A stretch of DNA of 64,000 bases from Ascidiella aspersa (GCA_963924565.1 OZ004611.1:29574001-29638000), one strand, 5' to 3'. Shown: positions 44,380-59,366, counted from the first letter of the stretch. A program made the numbers and translations. The notes: a model not told the origin generated them from the letters alone.

Positions 44380-45691
44380 GTCTAAACAATAGGAAACAGT
44401 TCAGACAACGTATAGCGTTTTCAAAAATGTTCAGAATCTCCACAGCCCCATACATGAAAAGCCAAAGCCGCAAAAAACAGTATAGATTTTAAAATATATT
44501 TTAAGCAAACGAGCATTTTAACGGTAATACGTTTATATATACATATTACATTTTTAAATGAAATAGAAACATTGATTTTCATTTAGCAAACTATGATTTA
44601 AAACTAAGCGATTTATTTCTCTACTTTCTATTTTACACAGCTACTTTGAGATTGTGATGACTACTACCTTGCAAACTTAAATTCACTTGTCTTATTTATT
44701 ATTTTCAGACATGTAATAAATAGCAAAATAGCTTTTGAAACAGTTTTTGCAGGTACGGCGCGTACAAATTAAACAGCATAACAATATTGCTGTTTAATTC
44801 GAAAAGCAGTCATTCTATTACAAATATTGCGATAAAATTTAGGGAGTCGAACCGTTGGACTTTTCCGGTTCAGGTTCGGTTCGGGTTCAAAAATTTTTTC
44901 GGAATTCGGTTCAGTTCCGGTTAGGGTTCAGAAGAATTTAAAAGTTCCGGTTCAGATACAATATAATTTGCGTTAAATCTCAAGATGTGGGTCGATAAAT
45001 GTTGAGAATAATCTTTGAAAAGTCATCTAATCCAAGTTACGTGACTTATTAAAAAAAACAGTTACACATTATTGAAATATCTTAAAAATCAACGATTTTT
45101 CCACTCAATTTTCAAATTTTTTTCATAAAATTTGAACATGGCGTAACTTGACTCTGTAAAATAGAAGTTGTGACGTCATACAGGAGCGGACCGCTTAATT
45201 TTGAAAAGTATTTTTTTTAATATTCTTTATAAAACTGTGAGCTTACTTTTAAATTTTTGACAGGAATCAACACTAAAATATTTTATATGTATGTTGTTTA
45301 TACAACAATATCCAACCCCATTTGGTAAAAACATAAAAAGTTGCTTTTAAACACGCACAAATATGATGGTTAGAAAACACTTAGCCACACTTACTGCACT
45401 GATGATGGCAAAAGAAATTGCCGAAACGTTTGCTAATAAAAGAATGAATCTTTTATCTATTATTTGGGCCACTCTCTTTCTACTGAAGATAATGAACAGA
45501 TCCGTGTTAGTTCCAAAAGCATCTATATTGACAAATTGATTTAAAACTGGACTTGTCAATAATATATTAAAATTCTTCTAACTCTGATTGGACAACATTC
45601 TAATCATTCAAGCAGCCTAATGGGATACGAAACCCAATGAATTCAATTCAAAATTCAAAAAAATTCAATTCAAAATTCAAAAATTGTTTTT

Positions 45692-48100
45692 TCAAAAAAA
45701 AAAACAGGTATTTAGATCCCTATCAGCATTCAATAATAATTCATCTTGTATTTTATTTAATGCAAGACCAGTGGAGTGACTACTTCTAAATGCGTATTGG
45801 TGTTCATACAGAAATTTATATTTTTCAAGGTAGTTGTAGAGCCTAATTTGAATCATTTTTTTCAAATACCTTACTAAATGTGGAAAGTAGAGATATAGGC
45901 CTGTAATTTGTGCATTCATCCTTTGAGCCAGATTTATGAATTGGAATGATTTCAGCTATTTTCAGCTTATCTGGGTAAATTCCCTGTTGCAAACAGTTGT
46001 TAAATATGTCACTTAACGGTGGTGCAATAATTTCAACAGCCATTTCAATAAACTTTACTGGTATGTCATTGTATTGAGTTGCTTTTTTACATTCTATTGA
46101 ACTTACAATTGCAGAAATTTCATTAGTGGTTACTGGAGCTAAATAGAAGGAATTTTGTGGAGTTATTATTACATTTATTTGACTGGGTTGCTGTGGTGAA
46201 GGTATCTTGTCAGCTAATTTCTTGCCTATTTCAGAAAAGAAATTATTGAATGTTTCAGCTATTTTTTGATGATCATAGGTTAAGGTATTAGTGGGAGATT
46301 TTATTTTGGAAATGTGATTGTACCTACACTTTATATTGATTATGTCCTTTATTATTTTCCATGTTTTGCCTGAGCTATTGTTATTTGATAGAAGGTTATG
46401 ATAGTAGTTCCTTTTTGATGTAAGTATTACACGACTTAATGTATTTCGATAGCGTTTGCATTGATATGCTTCAAAAAACTCCTTGTTTCAATGCATCTTT
46501 GAAAACATTTTATGCTTTGTTTTGATCGATTTTATTATCCCATTGGTAATCCATGGCTTTCTAAACATCCTTCTTTCTTTTCTAGTTTTTTTCCGAATAG
46601 GGGCATATTTATTAACAACTGATTCAAGAGTTGTGCAAAAGATTACAAAGGCATTGTTTGGTGATCCAGTGGTTTGGCTGCTTGCAAGGGAAGTTTGGAG
46701 TGTGGACTCCAAATCATCTAGGAACATTTCTTCGTTAAAGTGTCTCATATCTCGAATATATTGCGCTATTTGTTTAGGATAGACATTTTTTATGGAGTGT
46801 GAAATGACAAATATAGGTGAATGGTCAGATATATCCGCAGTTGCAATACCAGAGGTAAAATTGGTTTGTGAAAGGGAACTATTTGTATAGATGTGGTCAA
46901 GTAAAGTTGCGCGATGCGGGGTGATTCTTGTGGGCTTGTTACGATCCAATTGAAAGACTATTTATGTTGCTCCAGTAGTTTTGGATGTTTTGCAAATTTG
47001 TTTTGTTCATCAGGTCTATATTAAAGTCACCACATATGAAAAAAGACCGATTTGACATGTTAAGTAAATCAAGCTTATTTAAAAATGTATCCTGAAAGTC
47101 ACTAAAATTATATCCTGGATGTCTGTAGATCCTCAATAGTGTATACTTAGAACCTCAATAGTGTATACTTGTTGATTAAATTGAATATCAATCCACATGT
47201 TTTCACAGTTCGTCACATTTAATTGTAATTTTTGGTTGATATTGTACAGGTGTGGTTGCTTTATATAAATTCCTACACCACCACATTTTTGATCGGAGTT
47301 GATGTTTTTCATATCCCTCGAAAGTAATGTTACTGGAGATATGATTATCTGATAGATGAGTTTCGCTTAATGCAATTATATCAGGAGTTTTACCCCGACT
47401 GCTAACCATTGTGCATGAAGGTCATCATAATGCTTTTGTATACTTCTGATGTTTATGTGGATTAAGAAAAAGTCACTAGTATTAATATTGTTTACAAGAT
47501 TTGAGAATTTTGCTACGTCATAATAGTTACACTCACAAGCAAGTCAGATATATCATCCATAGCTTAATTCACAAAATACATACATTTATGCAATAATACC
47601 ACTTTTACTTATTGTTTATTTTGCTTTTTGTATATTAAGGATTGAACAAATCTTCTTCTGTTGGCTTTTGTTAGGCTTTCGTTAATGAATAGCTTGGCAT
47701 CATCCGATTTAGTCATATTTTCTGTTTTTAATAGACGGCGTTTTTGATAGACTTCTTCAACAGTTGTTCTTTTTGTAAATTTGGCAATAATAGTTGGCCT
47801 ATCATTTTTTACTGCTTGAGGTAGTCGATGTGAAATATATATGTCGTTTCTGTTGATTTTGACTCCAATTTTATTACATACAGCTATTACAAGATCATCA
47901 GTCCTTTCATCTGCAGTTTGAAGCAGGCCTTTAAATTCTAAGCAATCTCTTCTAGAGTACTGTTGCAAGTCATTTAAATTATCTTCTGTGTTTCAGAAAG
48001 CTTTGTATCATTTGTTTTTTGATATGTTTGTACTTCTTTTAATAAAGTGTCTAGTTTCTTGTTTCTTGTGCTTCAATCAATCTTGCTCTGTGCATTTCTT
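45692..48100 (-). mobile_element. Decayed, 3'-truncated CR1/L2-like LINE in an intron
   Basis: ORF1 piece QQYSRRDCLEFKGL..FINESLT; APE PDIIALSETH, GDFNID, LDHIY, SDH; RT start NYRPISLLSTFSKVFEK; left/right limits approximate. Confidence 0.85.
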
Positions 48101-48900
48101 AGGCTGTGAGCCATCACAGTATTAAAATTATCTTAATTCGAATGAATACAAGATCGAGAGAAATACGACTTATTCAAATAGAATCCGATAGGCAATTATT
48201 TCGCAGATATATACAACAAACACTAATATGATGTTATCATAACGAGATGTTTTAAAACGTAACCTAAAAACACTTTTTTTCGATGTAGTGCACAGATATC
48301 CTGAACACTTATTTTAAATGTGGCGTGTAAAAAAGGGACATGGATGGATTTTCACCGATTTACAATACCGGCAAAAATTATTTTACCGAAACGCCTGTAC
48401 GGATCGTTGTGGCTATAAGAGAGTCTCATCCATGCAGGTTTTTAAAACCTTGAAATAGCGTTGCACTCAGTGTCTGAGAAACGCTGCCCTAGGGCCTAGG
48501 CAAGCATTAAGTTGCTGTTGCAAAACACTGGTTGCGTCCGATCGCCTGTAGCTATGGCAGACAAGTCCTGTTTATTTTGTGATGTTTTTATAAGTTTTAC
48601 GTTTCAAACCTCTTAAAAGTGGCTGTAAAGCAGCCGTTTGTGAAAAATGGTTAACCTATTCGGCATTAGCGAAGCCTAAAACCTGTTTCGCCGCCAACAA
48701 TTCACAAAGCCCTACTTTTTTGAAATAACAATCGTTGCGGGTATTACGGTGAACTTAAAACCTTGTGCAGAGTTTGCGTTTAGACACTCGCTATTGTGGA
48801 CTTTTACTTTGTTTTTACAAGTCTGTCGCGCCTCAATTACTAAGGTTTTGCAATGCAGCGTTTTGCGGTTTGGTTTACTAGAACCTATTCAGAAAATTAC

Positions 48901-49014
48901 CTGTTTCGCAAAGAGGTCCAGTAAATCCTGGTTGACACGAGCATGAAAAGCTTCCAGGGTTGTTTAAACATTGGGCTCCGTTTAGACAAGGACCCGAATC
49001 ACATTCGTTTATAT
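48901..49014 (-). CDS. Calcium-binding EGF exon (type C)
   Basis: 114 bp phase 1-1: [38 protein letters not shown]. Confidence 0.9.
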
Positions 49015-49519
49015 CTGAAAAGCGAATGACAAATGATAATAATTTGTAATATTAATTAAGACTAGAATTAGATTTACTACGTACGCGAAAACTATAAATT
49101 GCACTAAAATCTGATCTCGAGTAGAACGAATTGTAGACAAGTGGCAAAGATAACTGCCCTCAGCCTTATCTTTTCACAAGTCGTCTACATAGCTGTAGAC
49201 CTTCAGCAATAATAAGTAAAATAATCTCTATTCACAATTTGAATTAAAACTAAATTGTCAGTAATATGTTGAAATTCGTCAAAAACCTAAAATTCAATAA
49301 GAAACATAAAATTTGAAAACTAGATGAAAATAAAGCTAAAGAACCCTAGCTATTAAACAATGGAATTGTTTTCCGAGGAATGCTAGCTCAAACGCAAGAA
49401 GATTTATATATTGAGGAAAGGTTAGGCTAAATCTCATTACATTACAGTTTAGTGTGAACATTGAGACTCCATCCTACAATACCATGTGAGGCTTAACCTT
49501 GCGATAAACAGCACTTTAC

Positions 49520-49654
49520 CTGTGCAGTCACCGTTGAACCCCTGTCCTTGATAACCCTGGGAACATGGGCAAGTGTGAGATCCGACATTATTCATACAAT
49601 CAGTATTCATTCCGCAAAAGTTGGTCGCTCCTTGGTCGCTGCACTCGTCAATAT
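49520..49654 (-). CDS. Calcium-binding EGF exon (type B)
   Basis: 135 bp phase 1-1: DIDECSDQGATNFCGMNTDCMNNVGSHTCPCSQGYQGQGFNGDCT. Confidence 0.88.
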
Positions 49655-50336
49655 CTGCATTAAATCTTGTAGTGATGAGACGACAAATTACATGTCCATT
49701 TTACTCATGTTGGGTTTTTATTTTCGTGAGGCCATGTTGCAAGACCGATTGGCAATAATATCGCACTTACATACAAGATTTAGCTGTGTTTTTTGACCAA
49801 GTCTGTCGCGCCCTAATTACTAAGAACTTTTGACTCAAACATTTGGCGATTTACTTCTCTCCTTTGGACTCCAGCCATAAGGCCAAAATAAGAACAACAT
49901 AAACGTTGGAATAAAACACATTTCTTATTATTGTGTGTTCCCCTCCTTTCTGCTTTACACCGCTACTTTGTGATTAATGACTAACTTGCAATCTGTAATT
50001 CACAAGTCTTATTTGTGATGACCTTAACGAACTTTATTTAAAATTTCCAGACTTGCAATAGCAAAATAGCTTTTGAAACGGCAACTAAAAGACAGCAACC
50101 TTAACTTTACAACGTACAACAACTTGTTTTAAGGTGCACAACAATTGTTTACAATTTGCGGTTTAGTAGCCATTCAATTACACATATTGCAATTAAAATC
50201 GTTAGTTGAACACTACATTCAAATTGCTGCTAAAATTCACAGGATGCTGTTCCATTCACCATACTTTGCTGTTTATTTCGCAAATTAGTCTTCCATTCTA
50301 AGTACACTATTGCCATTACAATTGTCAATTATAGAC

Positions 50337-51180
50337 CAGTGCTCCGCAACCGGAGTGCCGCGACGTTCCCAGAGGTGTACTACGTTTAGGATTCTTTTTA
50401 ACAATCAGTCTAATTAAAGCGACAAATGGATATCTTATCAATGGCAAGTATTTTGAACTTGGTATGTTACGAATTTGTCAGCAAGTATAACTTACCGCTT
50501 TAACAGTCAGTATTGTGAATAAATTAACGTCTATCGCGGACGTCTTATTATCCTGTTCACTGACAGACATCAGATCATTTCTTTGTTGTGAGCCCTTTAT
50601 AGTTTCAGAGCGCGCATTTGCTATTAGTTACTAATAAAATTATGAGGGACGAGAAAAAAATGCATTGTTTCAATGATAAAACACAGAAGCGCTAAATCGA
50701 TTTCCCAAGTACTGTTACAATTTGATGGTGATTACTGACAAGTAAGAATTTGTACTGATTTAACAAAAACGCCCTGGATTTTTGAAAGTCCGGTGCTCAT
50801 TAATATTATTAGGAATTGGCAGTTTGCGATTAGATAAGTAGTCTTGGCAGCTGTTTAAAGAACTAAATTCAGCAAGAAGTACAAAGCGCCAATTTCAGGT
50901 TTCATTTTTCTAACGCTATTTATAGTAAAGCCCCCTGTTCTCTTATTACGGTAGTTGTTGCAACGGGGTATAACTTTCAAAACTTTGGCCGGCTTTAGAA
51001 ATTTTACAATGCTTCAAAATCGCAAAAACAGAAGATAAAGGAATGCAATACGTTAAATTTATTTCATTACAAAAATCGCTTCTTTTCCCTTTGCTGCCTA
51101 GCATTTTTGCCGAAGTTGTCTATTGTCTAAGAAATAAATTTTGTTGGTGTGCCGCAAGTAAAAAAGGTTGCGGAGCACTG
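50337..51180. mobile_element. hAT-type MITE (copies at 54482-57876 and 61222-63974 carry a nested insertion)
   Basis: Perfect 15-bp TIR CAGTGCTCCGCAACC; TSD decayed. Confidence 0.8.
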
Positions 51181-51904
51181 AACTCGACGTTTCATTCGAA
51201 ATGTTGCTGTTTGATTCACACAGCAGCCATTCGTTCACTATGCGTTTCATTTGACACGTCAAAGTCCTAAATACGCTATGCCATTGTCCCAGTTGCTCTT
51301 GAATTCAACATGTTGTGAATAACGCAAAGATGTCATTCCACGTTATATGCTGTTTGATCTATACGCGCGGTATCCGCAATTTTAAAACAATTGTGGCTTT
51401 GTCGTATTAAAATCAACTGTTGTACGTAACGCCAACACGGTAGTGTCTTATTAGTTGCCATTTTTAAAGCTATGCTTCTATTACATGTCTGAAAGTTGTA
51501 AATCAATTTTGTTTACGTAATCACAAATAAGATATGTAAACTACAAAGTAGACAAATGGATTGCAAAGTAATCATTATAATGACAAAGTATAGCTGTACA
51601 AAATAGAAAATGGAGAAGTAAATCGCCAAGTGTTTGAATAATAATTTGCTAAATAAAAAGCAATGTTGCTATTTCATTTCAAAAATTGTTATGTGAATGA
51701 AGGGTAAAATACGCCTTTACATAACAAATACTTTTCGTTAAAATCTCTAAATTGTTATTTTGCGGCTTTGGCAGTAATTGCGTTTAGACACTCGCCATTG
51801 TGGACTTTTGCTGTGTTTTGACAAGTCTGTCGCGCCTCAATTACTAAGGTTTCGCAATGCATCGTTTTGCGGTTTGGTTTACTAGAACCTATTCAGAAAA
51901 TTAC

Positions 51905-52018
51905 CTGTGTTGCAAAGAGGTCCAGTAAATCCTGGTTGACACGAGCACGAAAAGCTTCCAGGGTTGTTGAAACATTGGGCTCCGTTTAGACAAGGACCCG
52001 AATCACATTCGTTTATGT
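51905..52018 (-). CDS. cbEGF exon (type C)
   Basis: 114 bp, AG/GT borders, near-copy of 48901-49014. Confidence 0.9.
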
Positions 52019-52523
52019 CTGAAAAGCGAATGACGAACGATAATAATTTTTAATATTAATTAAGACTAAAATTAGAATTACTACGAACGTGAAAACTATA
52101 AATTGCACTAAAATCTGATCTCGAGTAGAACGAATTGTAGACAAGTGGCAAAGATAACTGCCCTCAGCCTTATCTTTTCATAACTCGCCTTCATAGCTGT
52201 AGACCTTCAGCAATAACAAGTAAAATAATCTCTATTCACAATTTGAATTAAAACTAAATTACCAGTAATATGTTGAAATTCGTCAAAAACCTAAAATTAA
52301 ATAAGAAACATAAAATTTGAAAACTAGATGAAAATAAAGCTAAAGCACCCTAGCTATTAAACAATGGAATTGTTTTCCGAGGAATGCTAGCTCAAACGCA
52401 AGAAGATTTATATATTGAGGAAAGGTTAGGCTAAATCTCATTACATTACAGTTTAGTGTGAACATTAAGAGTCCATCCTACAATACCATGTGAGGCTTAA
52501 CCTTGCGATAAACAGCACTTTAC

Positions 52524-52658
52524 CTGTGCAGTCACCGTTGAACCCCTGTCCTTGATAACCCTGGGAACATGGGCAAGTGTGAGATCCGACATTATTCATA
52601 CAATCAGTATTCATTCCGCAAAAGTTGGTCGCTCCTTGGTCGCTGCACTCATTAATAT
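52524..52658 (-). CDS. cbEGF exon (type B)
   Basis: 135 bp, near-copy of 49520-49654. Confidence 0.88.
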
Positions 52659-52986
52659 CTGCATTAAATCTTGTAGTGATGAAACGACAAATTACATGTT
52701 CTTTTTACTGAAGTTGGGTTTTAATTTCCGGACAAGACTTATAGTTTTGACCGTCAAGCTAATTTTCGTGAGGCCAAGTTGCAAAACCGATTGGCAATAA
52801 TAGATACAACAAGCTTTAGCTGTGTTTTTTGACCAAGCTGTCGCGCCTTAATTACTAAGATTTAGCAATTACTTTGCTACAAGCCACAAAAATAGTCCAA
52901 TAGTTTATCATTTCAAACGTTTGCGGATTGCTTTGTTTAAATCTCTACAACTCGAACATGAGCATTGAGCATACATAGAGAATTAC

Positions 52987-53100
52987 CTGTGTCGCAAATA
53001 GTTCCAGTAAATCCTGGTTGACACGAGCAGGAAAAGCTTCCAGGGTTGTCTGAACATTGGGCTCCATTTTGACAAGGACTTGAATCACATTCGTTTACGT
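52987..53100 (-). CDS. cbEGF exon (type A)
   Basis: [38 protein letters not shown], phase 1-1. Confidence 0.9.
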
Positions 53101-54790
53101 CTGAAAAACGTTTGACGAATGATAATATTTTTTTGTTAATTAAGGCCAGAATTAGATTCACTGCATACGCGAAAACTGCACTAAAATCTGATCTAGAGTA
53201 GAATAATTGCAGGGTAAAAGGCAAAAATTACTGCCCTGTCTTTTCACAACTCGCCTACATAGCTGTAGAATTTTCACAATAACATATGATAAGCCAAAGC
53301 CGCAAAAATAGCAGTTTATAGATTTTTAAATATCTATTAAGCAAAGGCGCATTTTAACGGTATAACGTTGATTAACATATCATATTTTTAAATGAAATAG
53401 CAACATTGTTTTTTATTTAGAAACTTTTGATTCAAACATTTGGCGATTTACTTCTCTCCTTTGGACTCCAGCCATAAGACCAAAATAAGAACAACATAAA
53501 CGTTGAAATAAAACACATTTCGGAATAAGACCAAAATAGCATTAATACCTACTAGTCGTAATACGAAACAAATCGGATTAAGACCTAAACCCTTTGGAAC
53601 AACACCTAAATGGCCAGAATCAGGCCTATACAATATTTTACCTAACCCCAAACCCCACCCACCCCTAAGTGCCTCACTAAATCCTCTAATAATTTCAACC
53701 CCAACCCATTTTCTAACCCACTCATTACCCACCAATAACCCCAAACAGCCTGAAAAATCCGGTTCTTAAACAGCGGCGCCCTAACGTTGCCGGTCAAACT
53801 AGGCCGCCCAAACGTCGACACCAAAAAAGCCGATGCCATAACCATGGCCCCCATCATCCCATTTCCTCCCTACAGTTTCAGGCGTTATATGTGATTTTTA
53901 GGCCTCATTCCGATCAATTTAAAACTTATTCAGACAGGTTTATGTCTGAATATTCTGTCGCGGATATTACGGCGTATTTGGCTTCATTATGTCTTTGGTT
54001 TTAATACTATGGTTTTATAGATTTTTCTGATTTAGGTATTATTGTATTTTAGTTATTATTGTGTGTTCCCCCTCCTTTCTGCTTTACACCGCTACTTTGT
54101 GATTAATGACTAACTTGCAATCTGTAATTCACAAGTCTTATTTGTGATGACCTTAACGAACTTTATTTAAAATTTCCAGACTTGCAATAGCAAAATAGCT
54201 TTTGAAACGGCAACTAAAAGACAGCAACCTTAACTTTACAACGTACAACAACTTGTTTTAAGGTGCACAACAATTGTTTACAATTTGCAGATATGGGCGC
54301 GTACAAATCAAACAGCATAAATATATTGCTGTTTAATTCGAATAGTATCGTTAGTTGAACACTACATTCAAATGGTTGCTAAAATTCACAGGATGCTGTT
54401 CCATTCACTACTTTGCTGTTTATTTCGCAAATTAGTCTTCCATTCTAAGTACACTATTGCCATTACAGTTGTTGCCTAGACCAGTGCTCCGCAACCGGAG
54501 TGCCGCGACATTCCCAGAGGTGTACTACGTTGAGGATACTTTTTAACAATCAATCTAATTAAAGCGAAAAATGGATATCTTATCAATGGCAAGTATTTTG
54601 AACTTGGTATGTTACGAATTTGTCAGCAAGTATAACTTACCGCTTTAACATTCAGTATTGTGAATAAATTAACGTGTATCGCGGACGCCTTATTATCCTG
54701 TTCACTGACAGACATCAGCACTTAGATCATTTCTTTGTTGTGAGCCCTTTATAGTTTCAGAGTGCGCATTTGCTATTAGTTAGTAATAAA

Positions 54791-57300
54791 ACTAGACGGG
54801 GTGCGGTTGTTGTATATTTTGTCAGGGGGTATATTTTCAGGGCTTAGTGTTTATTTTCAATTTTTACTTTATTTTAATTTTTTTTTTTTTTAATTTTTTT
54901 TTAATATTTGTATTGTGTACTTTATATTATATATTTTGTGTTTCATTTTCCTTACCTTGTTTCTGCAAGCAAAAACAGATATGGGCCGAAAACTTCCCCA
55001 CTTAACTTATGCCTTTGATGCGTAAGGGGTTCAAATATGGCGTAGATTTTGGGGAATGATCGAAACATATATTTGATAAATAGAATTTACGTAGATAATG
55101 CGTATGGCCATTTTATTACATTTTGACCAGCTTACGTGTTTGAAAATCAAATATTACCATTCTCTTAAAGACTAAAAATGGTTTAACGCCTATGGTTTGC
55201 TATACTTTTGCAAACTTTTACTCGGTAATTTTTTACCCTGGCTTGGTCAGAGCAATCACTGTTAAAACAGGCTTTAAATCTGTAGTTTCAAACAATATGA
55301 AAAACACTATTATGTGCTCAATACGCAAACTATTAAATCGAAAGTTTTGCTAGATGTTTAGGCCTGATGTTGGAATGCTGGTTGGAACAAGATGCACAAC
55401 AGGTGCTAACAGAGAGGCGTAGACTGCCTTAAAATTTCGCATTTAAATTTGCGGCGGTAAATACACCCTATTGACACTTGATTATTAGGCGAAGCTTATC
55501 GCGAAGTTATTGGTCGCCCGAAGAAAAGCTAACGCCGCATTGAAAGCAAGCATTATAAATGAGTCGCCGATATTCTGCTTTGAACACCTCTACTCGCAAT
55601 GCTTCCAGTTCACGGCCTTAACTCGACAATACGATGAAATACGATTTGGAGAATATTTGAAAAAATCGTATTTGGAGAATATTTGCTATTTGCACCTGTA
55701 TAGTATGTTACTCCAATCCAACATATCAACACACAATTTTAAGTTGCGTAGGCCTGGTGTTGATATGTTGGATTAGAGTTGCCATCAGATTTCGCATTTA
55801 AATTTGCAGCGATAAAATAAGTTGTTTCTTAAGAGCATTAAGTAATTTTACTAAAGAGAAGCCTTTTTTTAAAATGCAAGTCGCGCGAGCCCAGTTTTGG
55901 ACGTGCCACTTCGCACAATGAAAGTCTCACGCGCGGGACAATAAAGCGCAGCAGGCGGTCAGTCGCTTCGTCACTTCACAAGCTGGACAAAGCAAGCGAA
56001 TATGAACGAATTCTGTATAAAAGTTTTTCTGCTGCCAGATGGCAGTCGTTAGCTACAAAGAGCTAAAACGCAATATTTCAGGTTTTTTCCCCCCAAGCAA
56101 AGGCCCCTGGGGCTGCAGTCTCATAACCTTCTACAAAGCACCTACATATCACTCTACGCCATGTCTGAAAATTTGAAGGTTCTACGATGTCTACTTTTCT
56201 ATAAAGCTTCGGACAAAAATCGGTCTGAAACATACCATAGGAAACCATAGGAAACCAAAAAAGAACTAGACGGAGGTGCGGTTGTTGTATATTTGTCATA
56301 GAGTATATTTGCAGGGCTTGGTGTTTTTTTGTTTTTTTTTAATTTAAAATTTTTTTTTTAACTTTTTTTCCACACACATACACACATTTCACAAACTTTC
56401 TCTTTTATTATGTAGATATTTTATATTTTTCCTTAACTTGTTTCTGCAAGCAAAAACAGATATGGGCCGAAAACCTCTCCACTTAACTTCTGGCTTTGAT
56501 GCGAAAGGGTTCAAATATGGCGTCGTAGTATTTGGGAAATGATCGAAACATTAGAATTTACGTAGATAATGCGTACAAGCATGTTATTACACTTTGTCCA
56601 GCTAACTTGTTTAAAAACCATTATCATTCTCTTAAAATGATTTAACGTCCTTGGTTTGCTATACTTTCGCCAACTTTTACTGGGTAAATTTTTGCCATGG
56701 CTTGGTCCGAGCAAGCACAGTTATAACAGACTTTAAATCTGTAGTTTCGAGCAATGTGCAAAACAAGTTTATGTGCCTAATAAACCACCTTTTAAATTGA
56801 AAGTTTTGCCAATTGAAATCCAATAAACGCAGTGTTCTTAGATTTATTTTGATTGGAGTAACATGCGCAGCAGGTGCATATAGAGAGGGGAACACTGCAA
56901 CCAGATTTCGCATTTAAAATATGCTGCTTTGTAAGAGTAGTAGGTTATTTTACTAAGTGAAACCTTTTCTTAAATGCAAGTCGCGCGCGCCCAGTTTTAC
57001 CAACGCAGCCACTTAGTCCCTTCGCGAGTTGAACCAACGATGCGATATAAACAAATTCTGTATCGAGTTTTTCTGCCGCTAGGTAGGAGTAGATAGCTAC
57101 AAAGAGCTAAAACGATGACGTCACAATATTTTAGGTTTTTGGCCCCCCAGTCAGAGGCCCCTAGGGGTACAGTCATAAACCTCGACATCGCACCTCCATG
57201 CCACTTTACGCTATGTCTGAAAATTTGAAAGTTCTACCATGTCTACTTTTTCTGCAAAGCTTCGGACAAAAATCGGTCTGAAACATTTTCGGCCCATATA
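54791..57300. mobile_element. Non-autonomous composite insertion inside the MITE, Helitron/Helentron-like (shorter copy ~61531-63397)
   Basis: Absent from the 50337 MITE copy; begins ACTAG (CTAG-3' on minus), internal duplicate at ~56264, inverted ATATGGGCCGAAAA / TTTTCGGCCCATAT. Confidence 0.45.
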
Positions 57301-58612
57301 ATAATTATGAGGGATGAGAGACAAAACGTATTGTTTCAATGATAAAACACAGAAGCGCTAAATCGATTTCCCAAGTACTGCTACAATTTGATGGTGATTA
57401 CTGACAAGTAAGAATTTGTACTGATTTAACAAAAACGCCCTGGATTTTTGAAAGTCCGGTGCTCATTAATGTTATTATGAATTGGCAGTTTGCGATTAGA
57501 TAAGTAGTCTTGGCAGCTGTTTAAAAAAAAAAACTCAACAAGAAGTACAAAGCGCCAATTTCAGGTTTCATTTTTTGAACGCTATGTATAGTAAAGCCCC
57601 CTGTTCTCTTATTACGGTAGTTGTTGCAACGGGGTATAACTTTCAAAACTTTGGTCGGCTTCAGAAATTTTAGAATGTTTCAAAATCGCAAAAACAGAAG
57701 ATAAAGGAATGCAATACGTTAAATTCGTTTCATTACAAAAATCGTTTCTTTTCCCTTTGCTGCCTAGCATTTTTGCCGAAGTTGTCTATTGTCTAAGAAA
57801 TAAATTTTGTAGGTGTGCCGCCGAATTGTTTTAGCCCTGTTGGTGTGCCGCAAGTAAAAAAGGTTGCGGAGCACTGAACTCGACGTTTCATTCGAAATGT
57901 TGCTGTTTGATTCACACAGCAGCCATTCGTTCACTATGCGTTTCATTTGACACGTCAAAGTCCTAAATACGCTATGCCATTGTCCCAGTTGCTCTTGAAT
58001 TCAACATGTTGTGAATAACGCAAAGATGTCATTCCACGTTATATGCTGTTTGATCTGTACGCGCGGTATCCGCAATTTTAAAACAATTGTGGCTTTGTCG
58101 TGTTAAAATCAACTGTTGCACGTAACGCCAACGGTAGTGTCTTATTAGTTGCCATTTTTAAAGCTATGCTTCTATTACATGTCTGAAAGTTGTAAATCAA
58201 TTTTGTTTACGTAACCACAAATAAGATATGTAAACTACAAAGTAGACAAATGGATTTCAAAGTAATAATTATAATGATAAAGTATAGCTGTATAAAATAG
58301 AAAATGGAGAAGTAAATCGCCAAGTGTTTGAATAATAATTTGCTAAATAAAAAGCAATGTTGCTATTTCATTTCAAAAATTGTTATGTGAATGAAGGGTA
58401 AAATACGCCTTTACATAACAAATACTTTTCGTTAAAATCTCTAAATTGTTATTTTGCGGCTTTGGCTTTCCATAATAACAAGTAATTGCGTTTAGACCCT
58501 CGTCATTGTGGACTTTTGCTGTGTTTTGACAAGTCTGTCGCGCCTCAATTACTAAGGTTTCGCAATGCATCGTTTTGCGGTTTGGTTTACTAGAACCTAT
58601 TCAGAAAATTAC

Positions 58613-58726
58613 CTGTGTTGCAAAGAGGTCCAGTAAATCCTGGTTGACACGAGCACGAAAAGCTTCCAGGGTTGTTGAAACATTGGGCTCCGTTTAGACA
58701 AGGACCCGAATCACATTCGTTTATGT
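58613..58726 (-). CDS. cbEGF exon (type C)
   Basis: Copy of 51905-52018. Confidence 0.9.
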
Positions 58727-59231
58727 CTGAAAAGCGAATGACGAACGATAATAATTTTTAATATTAATTAAGACTAGAATTAGAATTACTACGAACGTGA
58801 AAACTATAAATTGCACTAAAATCTGATCTCGAGTAGAACGAATTGTAGACAAGTGGCAAAGATAACTGCCCTCAGCCTTATCTTTTCATAACTCGCCTTC
58901 ATAGCTGTTGGCCTTCAGCAATAACAAGTAAAATAATCTCTATTCACAATTTGAATTAAAACTAAATTACCAGTAATATGTTGAAATTCGTCAAAAACCT
59001 AAAATTAAATAAGAAACATAAAATTTGAAAACTAGATGAAAATAAAGCTAAAGCACCCTAGCTATTAAACAATGGAATTGTTTTCCGAGGAATGCTAGCT
59101 CAAACGCAAGAAGATTTATATATTGAGGAAAGGTTAGGCTAAATCTCATTACATTACAGTTTAGTGTGAACATTAAGAGTCCATCCTACAATACCATGTG
59201 AGGCTTAACCTTGCGATAAACAGCACTTTAC

Positions 59232-59366
59232 CTGTGCAGTCACCGTTGAACCCCTGTCCTTGATAACCCTGGGAACATGGGCAAGTGTGAGATCCGACAT
59301 TATTCATACAATCAGTATTCATTCCGCAAAAGTTGGTCGCTCCTTGGTCGCTGCACTCATTAATAT
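59232..59366 (-). CDS. cbEGF exon (type B)
   Basis: Copy of 52524-52658. Confidence 0.88.

Noticed and set aside
53448-53857. Gly-rich minus-strand ORFs / telomere-like CCTAAC tract (also ~60156-60562)
   Set aside because: Degenerate C-rich tract of an intronic repeat; not a regular telomeric array and no coding signature.
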